Source of the DNA: Raillietiella orientalis
Taxonomy: Eukaryota
DNA length: 64,000 bases
NCBI GenBank assembly: GCA_036172245.1
Contig: JAYWIR010000032.1
Span: 1,984,001 to 2,048,000 of the forward strand
Reading direction: 5' to 3'
Positions 52,866 to 63,654 of this stretch are shown here, in pieces. A program made the translations under genes and the position numbers. The notes under the pieces were generated by a model. That model was not told the origin of the DNA and did no database searches. It saw only the letters and a program-made list of their open reading frames with translations. Within the stretch, counting starts at the first letter, position 1, and each line of letters starts with the position of its first letter.

Positions 52866-53415
52866 TGATGGAATCCGGAAACTCCTGGATGCCCCGATGA
52901 GTGACCATGATGGGAGGTTGACCCTCCGGGGTCCTTTTAGGAACCAAAGAGCTGTTTTTCTTCGATGCTCTCTCCGGATGTGGAAATGGAGCCGTTCCCT
53001 TTCTCCTCGGGGAATGAATTTCCATCTCGTACCACGCAGCTGGTAGATTGACACCTCTCCGGAGTGTCATTAAGCGCCCTGCTCCCTTCGGGCAGTGACC
53101 CCGCAGAAAATTTGGAGGCGTCCCTTCGGGGTTCTCTTCAGAGGAGGAAGCAGGGAGCGGATCCTTTCCTGGGGGTTCCCTACGGGGAAGAAACGAGCAG
53201 TCTTTCCCCCCTCTAGGGGTCCCTCCGGAGACAACCAGCCCGAGAGTTCCCTTCTGCCTCCGGAGCCTTCCTGGATTCATAGGGCGCTTTGTCTGGGTTC
53301 CCCTATAACTTGAAGGGTCAACGCGTGCCCTCGGGTGGCGCGGACAGCGTCAAGGAGCTTCGCGAGACCCCAGGCGAACGGCTCTCCAGCACTTGGAGAA
53401 CTTAAAGAAAAAAAC
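52866..53415 (-). repeat. Module P, copy 4, fused to the Tx1 fragment
   Basis: The reverse complement aligns with the other module P copies. Confidence 0.75.
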
Positions 53416-56400
53416 GTGGCTGCGTCCGTTCTGCTTCTTCTCTTCCAGTCAGCAGGAAGCGGAAGCAGCGGTTGCTGAAGGGACCTGATACCCGCGCGTT
53501 TGGGAATCCGCGACCATTTTACAGCTAGCTGCGATTCCCCTCTGGACCATCCGAAAGGAGGGCTCGGCACGCGGCCTGCAGCAGGGATCGCGATCTCCTT
53601 TTGGAAAGGCAGCAGAGGGCCCGGAGGAGAGCCAATGACGGCGATCACCTCGATCGCTCCCGTGGAGACCGGAGATCACCTTCCCATGACACGAGAACTC
53701 AACAGTTTGGCGAGATCTCGGTGTCTCGGGACCCCGTTATTCAACGGCTTTCCCAGCACACCCAAAGCGGAGGGGAGGATGTGCAGCCACCCATGACTAC
53801 TGAATGGCCCCATGAGATGGCACGCGGGGCCTACCCGATCACGCTCAACCGGTCGGGCAGTCCTCTCACGATGGTGGCGGGTCACATGACCTCAAAGAGC
53901 TCACGTAAATCAGCTGTGGGTAGTGCCTGGGAGCAGGGACCTTCGTGAGCAGGAGTACATGACCCGGGACCAGGTTTTAAAAGTGTTCCCTTCTCGTGGA
54001 AAAGACTAGTGAGAGGCGGTTGAAGAGACAAGTACATTCTCGCCTTCAAATATGCAACCCGGACTTCCGCAATCTTTGCAAGCTTCTCCGCAGTCTATAT
54101 CAAGCTTGAGAGGGAATGGGGAGAGACCGCAACGAATAGGGCGCGCGCGAACTCTGGAAATCTCGCAATGTACAATGTCTTCCAGTGACCTATCGCAACA
54201 CCCCAGACTGCCTACATGAACCAGATTTGGCTTATGGAGTCTGGGGAAGAGTTCGGACAACGTGAAGGGCGAAAGACTGAGTTGAATTTCCACCCCCAAG
54301 ACGACCCACACTGCGGAGGAACACAAATGTCGGTTGCGCAGACGTAGAGGGACACGCCGTCCTAGAGACCAAGCATTCTGCTCTGCCCCTCCAGGGCGCT
54401 ACCAGACGCCCAAGACGATCCTCACCTCGGAAGAACACGAATTTCGGTTGTGGAGGCGTAGAAGAACAGGCCATGCGGGACCAAGTATCCATCTCTTCAG
54501 TCCAGGACGCTACCACACGCATCCCTCGAAACGTGTCCATAGAGATCCCATTCATTGATGAACGGCATTGCAATTCATAACCATCGACGGCGCCGAGATG
54601 GCTGTGCGTTGCAGAAGGGCAGCCGTGTTTGCGTCCCCAACAGACTTCCCTGAGTGTGTTCATGCCATTGGTGTGTTGCAACGAGCAGCAGTGCGTCTTC
54701 CTGATGCAAGCCGTTTCCGTACCTAATGGTGCCCACCTGATCTCGATCCACAGGGATGCGCGGAAGGTAGCAACCTTCGCTCCTGCTGCTGCTGCTGCCG
54801 CCGGCGCTTCAAAACCCGGAATGATCCGTAATTTCTGCGTTTCCAAACGCAGAACTGCGAGCTCACCGTAGTGAGATCCGCGCGGAGCACCCTCAAGGTC
54901 GGTAGTTTCCAGAGGAGGCTATGTATCTTTGTGGTAATCTGTCACGCCGCGCTGGCTCTCGAGAAAGCGGACGCGCCCCGCGAAATTCTCCATTCAGGCT
55001 TTCCCGGTGACCGGGGTCCCTTAACCTACAGTTGGCGCGCTTCGCTCTTGATTGATGGGACGGGCATGTGGACTTCATGACCTTGCCTTGGCACCGATGC
55101 GCTCGTGGAAAGCCGGCACGGCGATCGCTGGCAGCCCCGGGAAAGAAACACGGCAGGAGATTCGAGATTCGAAAGGGAGCAATCGCTGAGCCATCTCGCT
55201 TGCACTCTTGCGATGCACCAGGAGCTTTTAGCGAGTCCTCTTTGAGGTTCCCCCTAGACAGAGCCGCAAGGAGGAGGGTTCGGCCCATCGGCCACTCCGT
55301 CTTCCCCCGACGGGTGTCTTCCGGTCTCCTCTCCAGGTGGGTTCGGCCGCCTCCTTAATGGCAGAGCATGGCAACTCGCTCTCCGCCCTGCAGCGCCAAG
55401 CAGGGTCGGATTTTCGAGTCAATCCCCAGCTTCTGATCGGTCAAAAACACCGCCGGCTTCCATCGCTCTCGAGCTGCCAAGATCCGGTTCAGAAGTGCGA
55501 GGGGGGCGGGGCTGCAAGAAGTTGCGAATCTGTGCTCAGACTTTGTATGTTGTATTTCACAGCGCAGCACCTGAAGAAGGATGGAAGTGCCTCGCGGAAG
55601 CGCCACCTCGCACGTTCCTCCCTTCGCCGGTCAGCGATCCTCCCTCTGGTCGTTCTCTAGATGGATGCACAGCATCCTCCGGATGATCTGCATGGCGAAG
55701 ACCCGTCCCGCACAGTCCCGCCCCCACAAGCGTCGGTGTGCTGTTTTGGCCAGCATGCCGCGTGCCACCTAAAAACCTTCGTCCGCTGAATCTCGGTTTC
55801 CTGACGCCAGAGGCACACCATGCGCTAACACTTTTGTAAACCCCTGACTCGGGGAATGATGTGAGATCTTGTGGTGCTCCGGTAATAGCAAGGGAACTTG
55901 TCTTCCACTCCCTCTCACGCCTGCATCTCTTCAAGTGACGGATTGAGGTAGGTCACGACATGGTATCCCCCCGGTAATCGCTGGAAGAGGTCGAGCATCG
56001 TCTCAGTGGCCGGTTGCCCTAGTGCCGGAACGGCTGAAAACCTTCAGGAAGTGGTGTTCACGGAAAGCAGCAAACCAGGACTGGATTCTGGCACAAGGCA
56101 GATTCGGCTCTCTGAGAGAGCAGAGCAAATGCTCCATAAGCAGGTCATCGAGGTCAAGAGATAGGATGTGGACGCACCCAGCGATGACGCGAGGAGTCCG
56201 CGGAGGCTCGCATAGTAAGCGGTAAAACGTTTTCCCGCCCGCACTCGAAAGCGGGAGGAAACAGGGAATGCAAGCCGGCCAGGCAGGGCGCCCCAAGGAC
56301 GATATAGGTCGGACGTTGGGAGCATGAAAAAATCTTTGGCCACACACTTTCTCGGACGATCGCTCTTGAGAGCAAGCTTCAAGAGCGGAGCACCGAATGA

Positions 56401-56599
56401 ATATCTAGAATATCTGGAGCCACATCTTCTTTGAATGAATCTCCGAATGTGGAAGACACGAATATGCAGCACTGGATGGCAGATCAATAACCATTGAGCG
56501 GGAGCGAAGCTCTCAGATTGCTGATTCCTGGTGCTGATCTTTGAATCGCTATTGGTTTCAGACTTTTGGGGGGCATTTTTAAGGTCATCTGCTGTTTCG

Positions 56600-56958
56600 C
56601 TTGATTTTCAGTTCTGATGTCGTTGCCGCGCTCCCAAGCCCAAAGAGCTGCGACGACAACGGCTCTCTTACTGACGCAGCCATTCCTTCACTGAAGTAGT
56701 GCTCAGCTAGATGCCAGCATTCCGTCTCTTTTTCTCTTCCTGGAGTCTTCGAAAGCAGAGGAATTGCTCTAGAAGGGTCAGGAGGCGTCAAGCACGATCC
56801 CTCTGACGCCGCCTTGCAGGACAGGTCTGACAGGAGGCTGGAATCTGACCAGGGGATGGGTTGACTGGAAGCAATGAGCCCGCAGTGTTCTGTGGTCATC
56901 CTTTCCGATGTGTTCGCCAACTCTTCGCGACGGTGAGTTGTGGCTCGGGAGCTGAGCG
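56600..56958 (-). repeat. Left arm of a ~350-bp near-identical inverted repeat
   Basis: Reverse complement of 61817-62185, with only a few differences in the core. Confidence 0.9.
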
Positions 56959-56969
56959 TTCGTTGGCCT

Positions 56970-58080
56970 AACACCTGGTAACGCCGGAGCGATTATTATA
57001 AAAATAATGAACATACAGGTGTAGGGTCATCGGCCCTACATCGTTTAGAAATTTCGGAACCTAGAGAGTAACCGCAACGCAGACCGGCGAGGTTCTTCTA
57101 GGCAGCAGACGGGAAAAGGACAGGCAAAATTAAAAATAAAAGAAAAAAATATATAAAAAAAAATTGGGAGGGTTCGGGAAGGGATCACGGGGTGCTAGAG
57201 AGCTTCCTTTGCATCTTTTCCAGGATGCGAGCAAGTTCCATCCGAGAATGTCCCAGGTGGGGCCATCTGGCTGCCGTCCGCAGGAAGCGCAGGGCAAAGC
57301 ACATGGAGTCCCTTTCGTTCCATCGTTCTTGTGCGAAGCTCCAGACCACCACCATTCCGCGTAGACAGCGAAGAGCTGCTGGGGATATGGCAGGCGAAAG
57401 GGCATCGAGCACGAAGAGGCGCTTCATCACGTCCCTGGGATTGTCCGTCGGTGCACCAAGGGCCGTTGCGTAACGCGACCACAGGGTAGGAGGGCAACAC
57501 AGTCTAGGAGCAGGTGCGGGAGCTGGGATTCCCGCTTTTCCCACCTGCAACAGTTGGGTCCACAGCCTCCTGGGTCCAGTGAGACCGGCGGGCGTTGCAC
57601 GGGAGACCCAGTGCAGCAGCAGAAGTGCCGATTCCTGACACTTCAGGGGGAGGGCCCGAGGAGTTGTTGTTCTGAAGCGCTGGGGGTCACTCGAGATCTT
57701 CCTGTGGGATTCTCAGCAGCTCACCCCAGCGCAATAGTCCTTTCAGTAGGGCACTTGGGATCGCAGCGTCCGTGAACTTGCCCGTGGTCCGACGACCTAG
57801 TTCCCTCGTCTTCTCACTGAATTCGCAACTGACCTCCCATTGGACCGGCTGGTTACTGCCCAGGTGCTCCCTGAGGGAGGGCAGTGCCGCGGCTAGGGAG
57901 GTTCTTTGCGTCCACTCACACGTAGTGGGCTGCATGATGACGTCCTGCAGCGAGCAGTTGTTGCAGGAAGGCAGCTACCCGACATTGGCGCTCTTTCTGT
58001 TGGTTCGACGCAGCGTGAGGACCCTCGTAGGTTTCCCGGCTAGGACTGCTGCCCCGCAACCAGGTCCATGGTTTCAACAG
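56970..58080 (-). mobile_element. Disabled Tx1/L1-clade ORF2 3' fragment
   Basis: RWGELLRIPQEDLE, PHLLLDC (zf-RVT-like) and ERDSMCFALRFLRTAARWPHL...ELARILEKMQR, then the 3'UTR. Confidence 0.8.
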
Positions 58081-59099
58081 CGGATCTCACTGCTAGAAGC
58101 CGGAACAATGAGTGAGAAGCAAACCCAAACGCTTCTTCACCCGGGGTCGCTTTTGTTCAACGTCACCGTCTTGAGAGCCGGGTCACCCTTGAGCCCTTAC
58201 CCCGTCGACGGCGGCGGACTTTGAGACTCCTCGCCTACAGGGGAGCGAAGTTTTGCTCGAATTCCTGCTAGCAGCAGCTGGTCTGCTTAAAGCGTTCGGG
58301 TTTGCGTGCAAGAAGCAGCGCATATGCAGCTTCCGTCGCTTCGTCTGGCTGCCCGGAGTCCTTCGGTGGAAGACCTTCCAGTAAGGGTAGTCGTAAGGTT
58401 TGCAACGGTCTCACTTGGCACCCCACAGGTTTTCGCTGCTGACCCAATTCTTCCTGCTTTAGTTTCGGCTCCGGAAAGAACTAAAGTTTAGCAGTCTTCA
58501 TGTGAGGGCACGGCTGCGTAGGTGTGCACTAGGTCTTCAGGGGAGCGTCCAAGATGGTGAGTGGCTACTCCAGAGGACGACACCGTCGAGCACTGCGCAC
58601 GATACAGCGCAAGGGTTGCATTTAAGTTACCCGTGGCTTGCACGTGGACAGCTGGAGCCTAAGAACATTTTCCATGCAAGGGGCACAATCTTAGATGTGC
58701 AGATGGCAAGGTCATCCACGCGAACCCGACTGAACCTGCTGCCTGTACGAGAAGCGTCTTCCAGGTAGGAGACTGGCTGAATGTGCTCCACAAGTGAAAC
58801 CATCACCCCATAACCTCGTCCTCTGCGCCTACAGTCACCGGAAGATGATCGCCGAGCTTCATGGTGAGAGCTGGTGGGGCTGATGAAGGAGGCTACGCTC
58901 GAATAGTAGGGACCGATGCATCCCAGGTAACGGATGCGCCTGGAACTGCGTCCATCAGCAGCATCATGTTCATGTATTTGGGGAAGACACGACCCACAAG
59001 AAAACTGATGGCTTCTCCGCCAAATGTCTGGAGGTTTGGTTATCCACCGTTCGTTTTTCTCGTGGATGCAGTTTATTTATTTCTACTTAGGAGAAAACG

Positions 59100-60275
59100 T
59101 GGAGACTACCTATGCCATTCGTGCTTCTGTTAGTTCCGCAGGTGCGACGTCATGATCCTCTCACTCCATCCCAAGAAAGCTTCAGCGGCTCCCTCAAGAC
59201 GAGCATTTGCTAGGGATGATTCCAAGCAGACCAGAGTGTTAGACTGCCAATCATCCCGAGCAAAGGACCACCAGATCCTTCATTTTCTCCAGGTGCAGTT
59301 TCGAATGCCAGTTGGAACTACACCCATTGGTAGATGCGTCGACCACGTATGCTGACTTTAGCAGACATCCCACGTCAGGATGCCGGCTTAGACATCCTGA
59401 CCTTGGAGAGAATCGGGCTGCAAGTACAGTTCCGAATGCTGAGTCAAGCTGTGGACTTACCCGTCGTGTGCACCAGCGCGCCTCATCCTGCGGAAATGTG
59501 CCCGAAGCAAAGGACCGTTCTCGTTGCTGCCGACCACCCATAATAGGGTCAGGGATTCGACTTCCCCCTGAGGCAACTCGCCTCTCTAGTGGGAGCCCAG
59601 CCGTGGATCTCCTGCCGTCCAATGACCTGCCATGCGTGGTGGTAGGAGGCTGTTGAGTCCTGACCTGCGTTCCAGGGATTGTACCCTGAAGATCTTTATC
59701 TCCTGAGACATCTGTTGTAGTGATCTCTGAAAATGGCCATGCGGGACGCGGAAAAATGGTCGACCCTGGCCTCCACACCCCTCGCCGCAGAGCTGTCTTC
59801 CCTCAGGGTAAGCAACGACAGTAGCCGATTGGCGAGGTGGGAGTTTTCCTCCACCATAGCGGGAAAGACGGCGGCTGGAAGACGCGCGAGTTGGCGGATG
59901 CTGCTACTTCGCTTGCCTTGACGACGGGACTCCTTTGGTGGAGCGAACTCTTGAGTGTAGCCCCCGAAGAACTTGTGGTCCCTCCCCATTGCTCGGACAC
60001 TTCTGTGTTCCCCCTCTCTTGCAAGTAGGCCGTGCTGCTCTTCCTCCACTGGGGATTCCAGTGCAACGAGCGGCGCCAACGCGTTTGCAGTGGGGTGGCA
60101 TCCCCGAACTGTGCGAGGTGCGGATGGAGGGCCGCACCTGCTTTTGTACTGCGGTGCCCTCCAGGAACTGTGGCGGAAGAGACTGGCATCAGCGCTTCTG
60201 CACCAGGAAGACACCGCCCGAGATGTGTTACGACGATTCTTCGCGCCAAAGGGGACTCTCGCGGTGATTTCACAC
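59100..60275 (+). mobile_element. Tx1/L1-clade fragment, left part of an interrupted host copy (family of copy A)
   Basis: 59373-60229 matches 6674-7530 almost exactly; the flanking parts are diverged homologues. Confidence 0.85.
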
Positions 60276-61427
60276 CCGCCTGAGCCGGGGCGTTAATTCA
60301 TCTTTAAGGAATCGATGTAGTCAAAAGGATCACCGATTCCAATTATTTATTACATTAGAAAAAAAAGAGTGGACCGGCGAAATCCATCACGTACACGAAG
60401 GAAAAGGGAGATGGAAAAAAATTAGAACACAAAGAGAACAAACTACAACAAACAATAAAAACTAACAAAACAACAACAGAAGAAGCAAAAACAAAAAAAT
60501 AAAACAAAAATTAGTGGTGGGTGAGGCCTCTGTATCCGTTGAAGGATGCTGGCGAGCCCCTCCTTCTCCCTTTACAGGTGGGGCCACCTCGAAGCTATCT
60601 GTGGATGGCGTGCAGGTCAGCCCCCCCTGTCGCTATGGCCTCTCTCGGCGTTGCACTTCGCCATGACGACACCGTGCACGCAGCACAGCCCTGCGATTGC
60701 GACTGCGGGCGTCATGGAGTCCCACACGAAGAGAGGCCTCAAAGAGACCCTGGGACCTCCCACGGGGTGGGAAAGGGACGCAGAGAAACGTTCTCACAAG
60801 TCCTGGAGGGCGCTACACTATGAGGTGGGGGAAAGTCTCCTCTCCACACCTGGCACAGTTCGGCGATGCGCTTCTTCTCGTCCAGTACTGCCAACGCGCA
60901 TTGCACGGGCTGTACCAGCACCGTCGATTGCTGCCACTGGAGGGGAAGCAGCTTCCTGTCTATAAACACGGGGGGCACTTCCAACTCTTCGGGCTGAATG
61001 GAGAAGAGTGCTCCTCAACGTTCGAGTCCTTTGGAGGCGGTTCTTGCTGTTGCCGCGTCAGCCAGCTCCCGCGGTGTCCAGCCACCGAGGGGCTTTCTGC
61101 GGGACGAGATCTCGCAGGAAACCTCCCACTTCGCCGATAGGCAGATGCCATGCACCTCGGCAGCGGAGGACACTTCTGTGGCGAAGGGGTGGCTGGTGGG
61201 TGGGCCAACATAGTCAACTCACTACCCGCCGCCTCCAGTGTTCTTCCGCTGTTCTTCTGAAACTCTCTGCAGAGGGTAACTTCCGGCGGGGCCCGGGTGA
61301 GTTGGGCGCACATCCTCACTTTCTCCTGCCACCAGGACGGAGTGTTCGCAAGGCGGCAGAGAATCCACGTGTTCGCTCTCACCAGAGCAGCGACACACCG
61401 GAGAGGGAAGCCGCAAGATGGAAGCCA
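60276..61427 (-). mobile_element. Tx1/L1-clade fragment nested antisense inside another copy
   Basis: Minus strand reads SPNCARCGEETFPHLIV. The T-rich 3'UTR lies at 60400-60510 and the terminal motif near 60280. Degenerate flanking repeat GCGGTGATTTCACAC (60261-60275) / GCGATGGTCACAC (61428-61440). Confidence 0.7.
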
Positions 61428-61745
61428 GCGATGGTCACACGCAAACAGGGTTGCATCCGGGCCATCGTCACGGTTCACCACGTCCTCAAGACGACCATGC
61501 AACGAGGAGAGGTCACCGGGATGGCAGTAGGCTGCATGAGGACGGCCGCAAGGTGGCATCACCTGGAAGAAGCCGACAGGGAGGTCTCCAGCTTTCAGCA
61601 CCAGTTCTAAAGAAAAGGTCTCACCCTTTCTTTATCTACTTATTTGATGCCTCCTCCCTTTCGTTCCCTATTTTTATATATCCCTATCTGCGTGTCGGTG
61701 GGCTCTCCCCTTGAACTTTTGTCTTTGGTTCGGAACTGCGTTCCC
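61428..61745 (+). mobile_element. Tx1/L1-clade fragment, right part of the interrupted host copy (ORF2 end and 3'UTR)
   Basis: GCIRAIVTVHHVLKTTMQRGEVTGMAVGCMRTAARWHHLEEADREVSSFQHQF*, colinear with but diverged from 7580-7890. Confidence 0.8.
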
Positions 61746-61816
61746 AACTGGAACGCAGTTCCAGTTGGGAACTTGCTCGATAGGGTGAAAAATTTTGATA
61801 CATTACCAACCACCGT

Positions 61817-62185
61817 CGCTCAGCTCCCGAGCCACAACTCACCGTCGCGAAGAGTTGGCGAACACATCGGGAAGGATGACCACAGAACACTGCGGGCTCA
61901 TTGCTTCCAGTCAACCCATCCCCTGGTCAGATTCCAGCCTCCTGTCAGACCTGTCCTGCAAGGCGGCGTCAGAGGGATCGTGTTTGACGCCTCCTGACCC
62001 TTCTAGAGCAATTCCTCTGCTTTCGAAGACTCCAGGAAGAGAAAAAGAGACGGAATGCTGGCGTTCTAGCTGAGCACTACTTCAGTGAAGGAATGGCTGC
62101 GTCAGTAAGAGAGCCGTTGTCGTCGCAGCTCTTTGGACTTGGGAGCGCGGCAACGACATCAGGAGAACTTAGAATCAAGAAGAGG
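61817..62185 (+). repeat. Right arm of the ~350-bp inverted repeat
   Basis: Reverse complement of 56600-56958. Confidence 0.9.
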
Positions 62186-62489
62186 CGAGTGGGCCACATC
62201 AAAAAGCTGTCATCGATTAATTAGTTGAAGATTCAACAGAGAGTTAGTTGGAAAGAGTTCCCAGTAACGCGTCTTAGCATCCGAGCACAGCCGTGAACTT
62301 TGTCTCCCTTTCGAACCAGTATTTCTCTCAAGTAACCTTTCCAGAAGCAATGGATCCCGACATGGAAAGAAAGAACCTGCCACACGGAAGAGAGGCAGTC
62401 AACTCGACTCGTCGAAGCTGCAGCTGTTGGACCACAGTGAAACCAAGAGCGTATTTCGAAATTCATTTAGTAGGTTCAAAATCCCGAGG

Positions 62490-63060
62490 GATTGCAAAAA
62501 ATAAGCAAACATGTTTATTCTCCATAGATTATATACAAATTTATTTGAACACACATAATAGTTCATATTTATTAACGTACATGTTATTAACAGCAATGCG
62601 ACTGCAACGTATAGATTTCTCAAGATTTATTAACATTCATTTTATTGATGTAATTGATACATTGTTGATTACATTATTCATATGAATACATTAATACATA
62701 TACATTATGAATTATTCAGAAGTGTATACCTTTATTATGTACATCAGTATACGTAAATTATATAAATATATATATATGTAAATATAAATATATACATACA
62801 CATATGCAAACATAAATGTGCATATATACACAGAAACACATACACAGATATATACAAATATACATATAATTTCCATATTTATGTTTATATATGTGCATTT
62901 TTGTGTAGTTTTATTTGTGTATTTGATAAATATATACTTAATATATATACATGAATATAGAATTTAAGAAAATAAAGAGTAACTGTGACGTTTAAAAATT
63001 ACTCAAAAGATTAAAAAAAGGAACAAATTAAAAAAAAAAAAAAGAAAGAAAATATGGCAT
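62490..63060. repeat. AT-rich, (TA/CA)n-like low-complexity region
   Basis: Sharp compositional switch with TATATA and CACATA runs. Confidence 0.9.
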
Positions 63061-63199
63061 GTGGAAACGTGAAGAAAAAGTGGAAGATGGGGAAGAACCT
63101 TTTCCTTCTTTATTTGTATTCTTGTAGCTGTTAACTTGGATAATAAAACAGGGATGGAGGTTCGGTAGTACTTCAGAAGAGTTGACCGACCTCCATGAC

Positions 63200-63630
63200 C
63201 ATCAGTCACGGCTTCAGTTCTCGCCTCGAGATGAATATTAAACGCCGTAATCCCGAAAACCGCATTTCTCATTGAAAAAAAGGTCTAGTGGGATAGAAAG
63301 TCGAATTGGCAATTGGTGGTTGCCCTGGTCGTTCACGAAGATCGTTCTTTGCCTGCTGCTGCTTTTTCTTTTCCTTCTTTGTTTTTGAAGGACCACTCTG
63401 AAGGTTGCGCACAAATTCCGTGGTGCCTTGGTGCCCCCTATCTCACACAGAATTTCCATCTTGGAACCATCCTCATGCAAAATGAAAAGCAATTCGAAGC
63501 TACATGTGCCTGAGAAATTCGAGGATTTCCCTATCCTAGGCAACCCTGTGCGAACAGGAAGTGGTTGCTCCGTCTGGAAGGCGCGCAGCCGCTGTCCCTC
63601 AAGTTCCCCGACGCCGAAATCCCCAAAGAT
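63200..63630 (-). pseudogene. Possible MATH-domain-like exon relic
   Basis: Acceptor TTCCCAG| then ...SFELLFILHEDGSKMEILCE...NLCATFRVVLQKQ...IPLDLFFNEKCGFRDYG, with a frameshift into FNIHLEA. The pattern resembles MATH strands, but this is a weak visual match. Confidence 0.3.
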
Positions 63631-63654
63631 CTGGGAATTAAACACATGTGTTTT

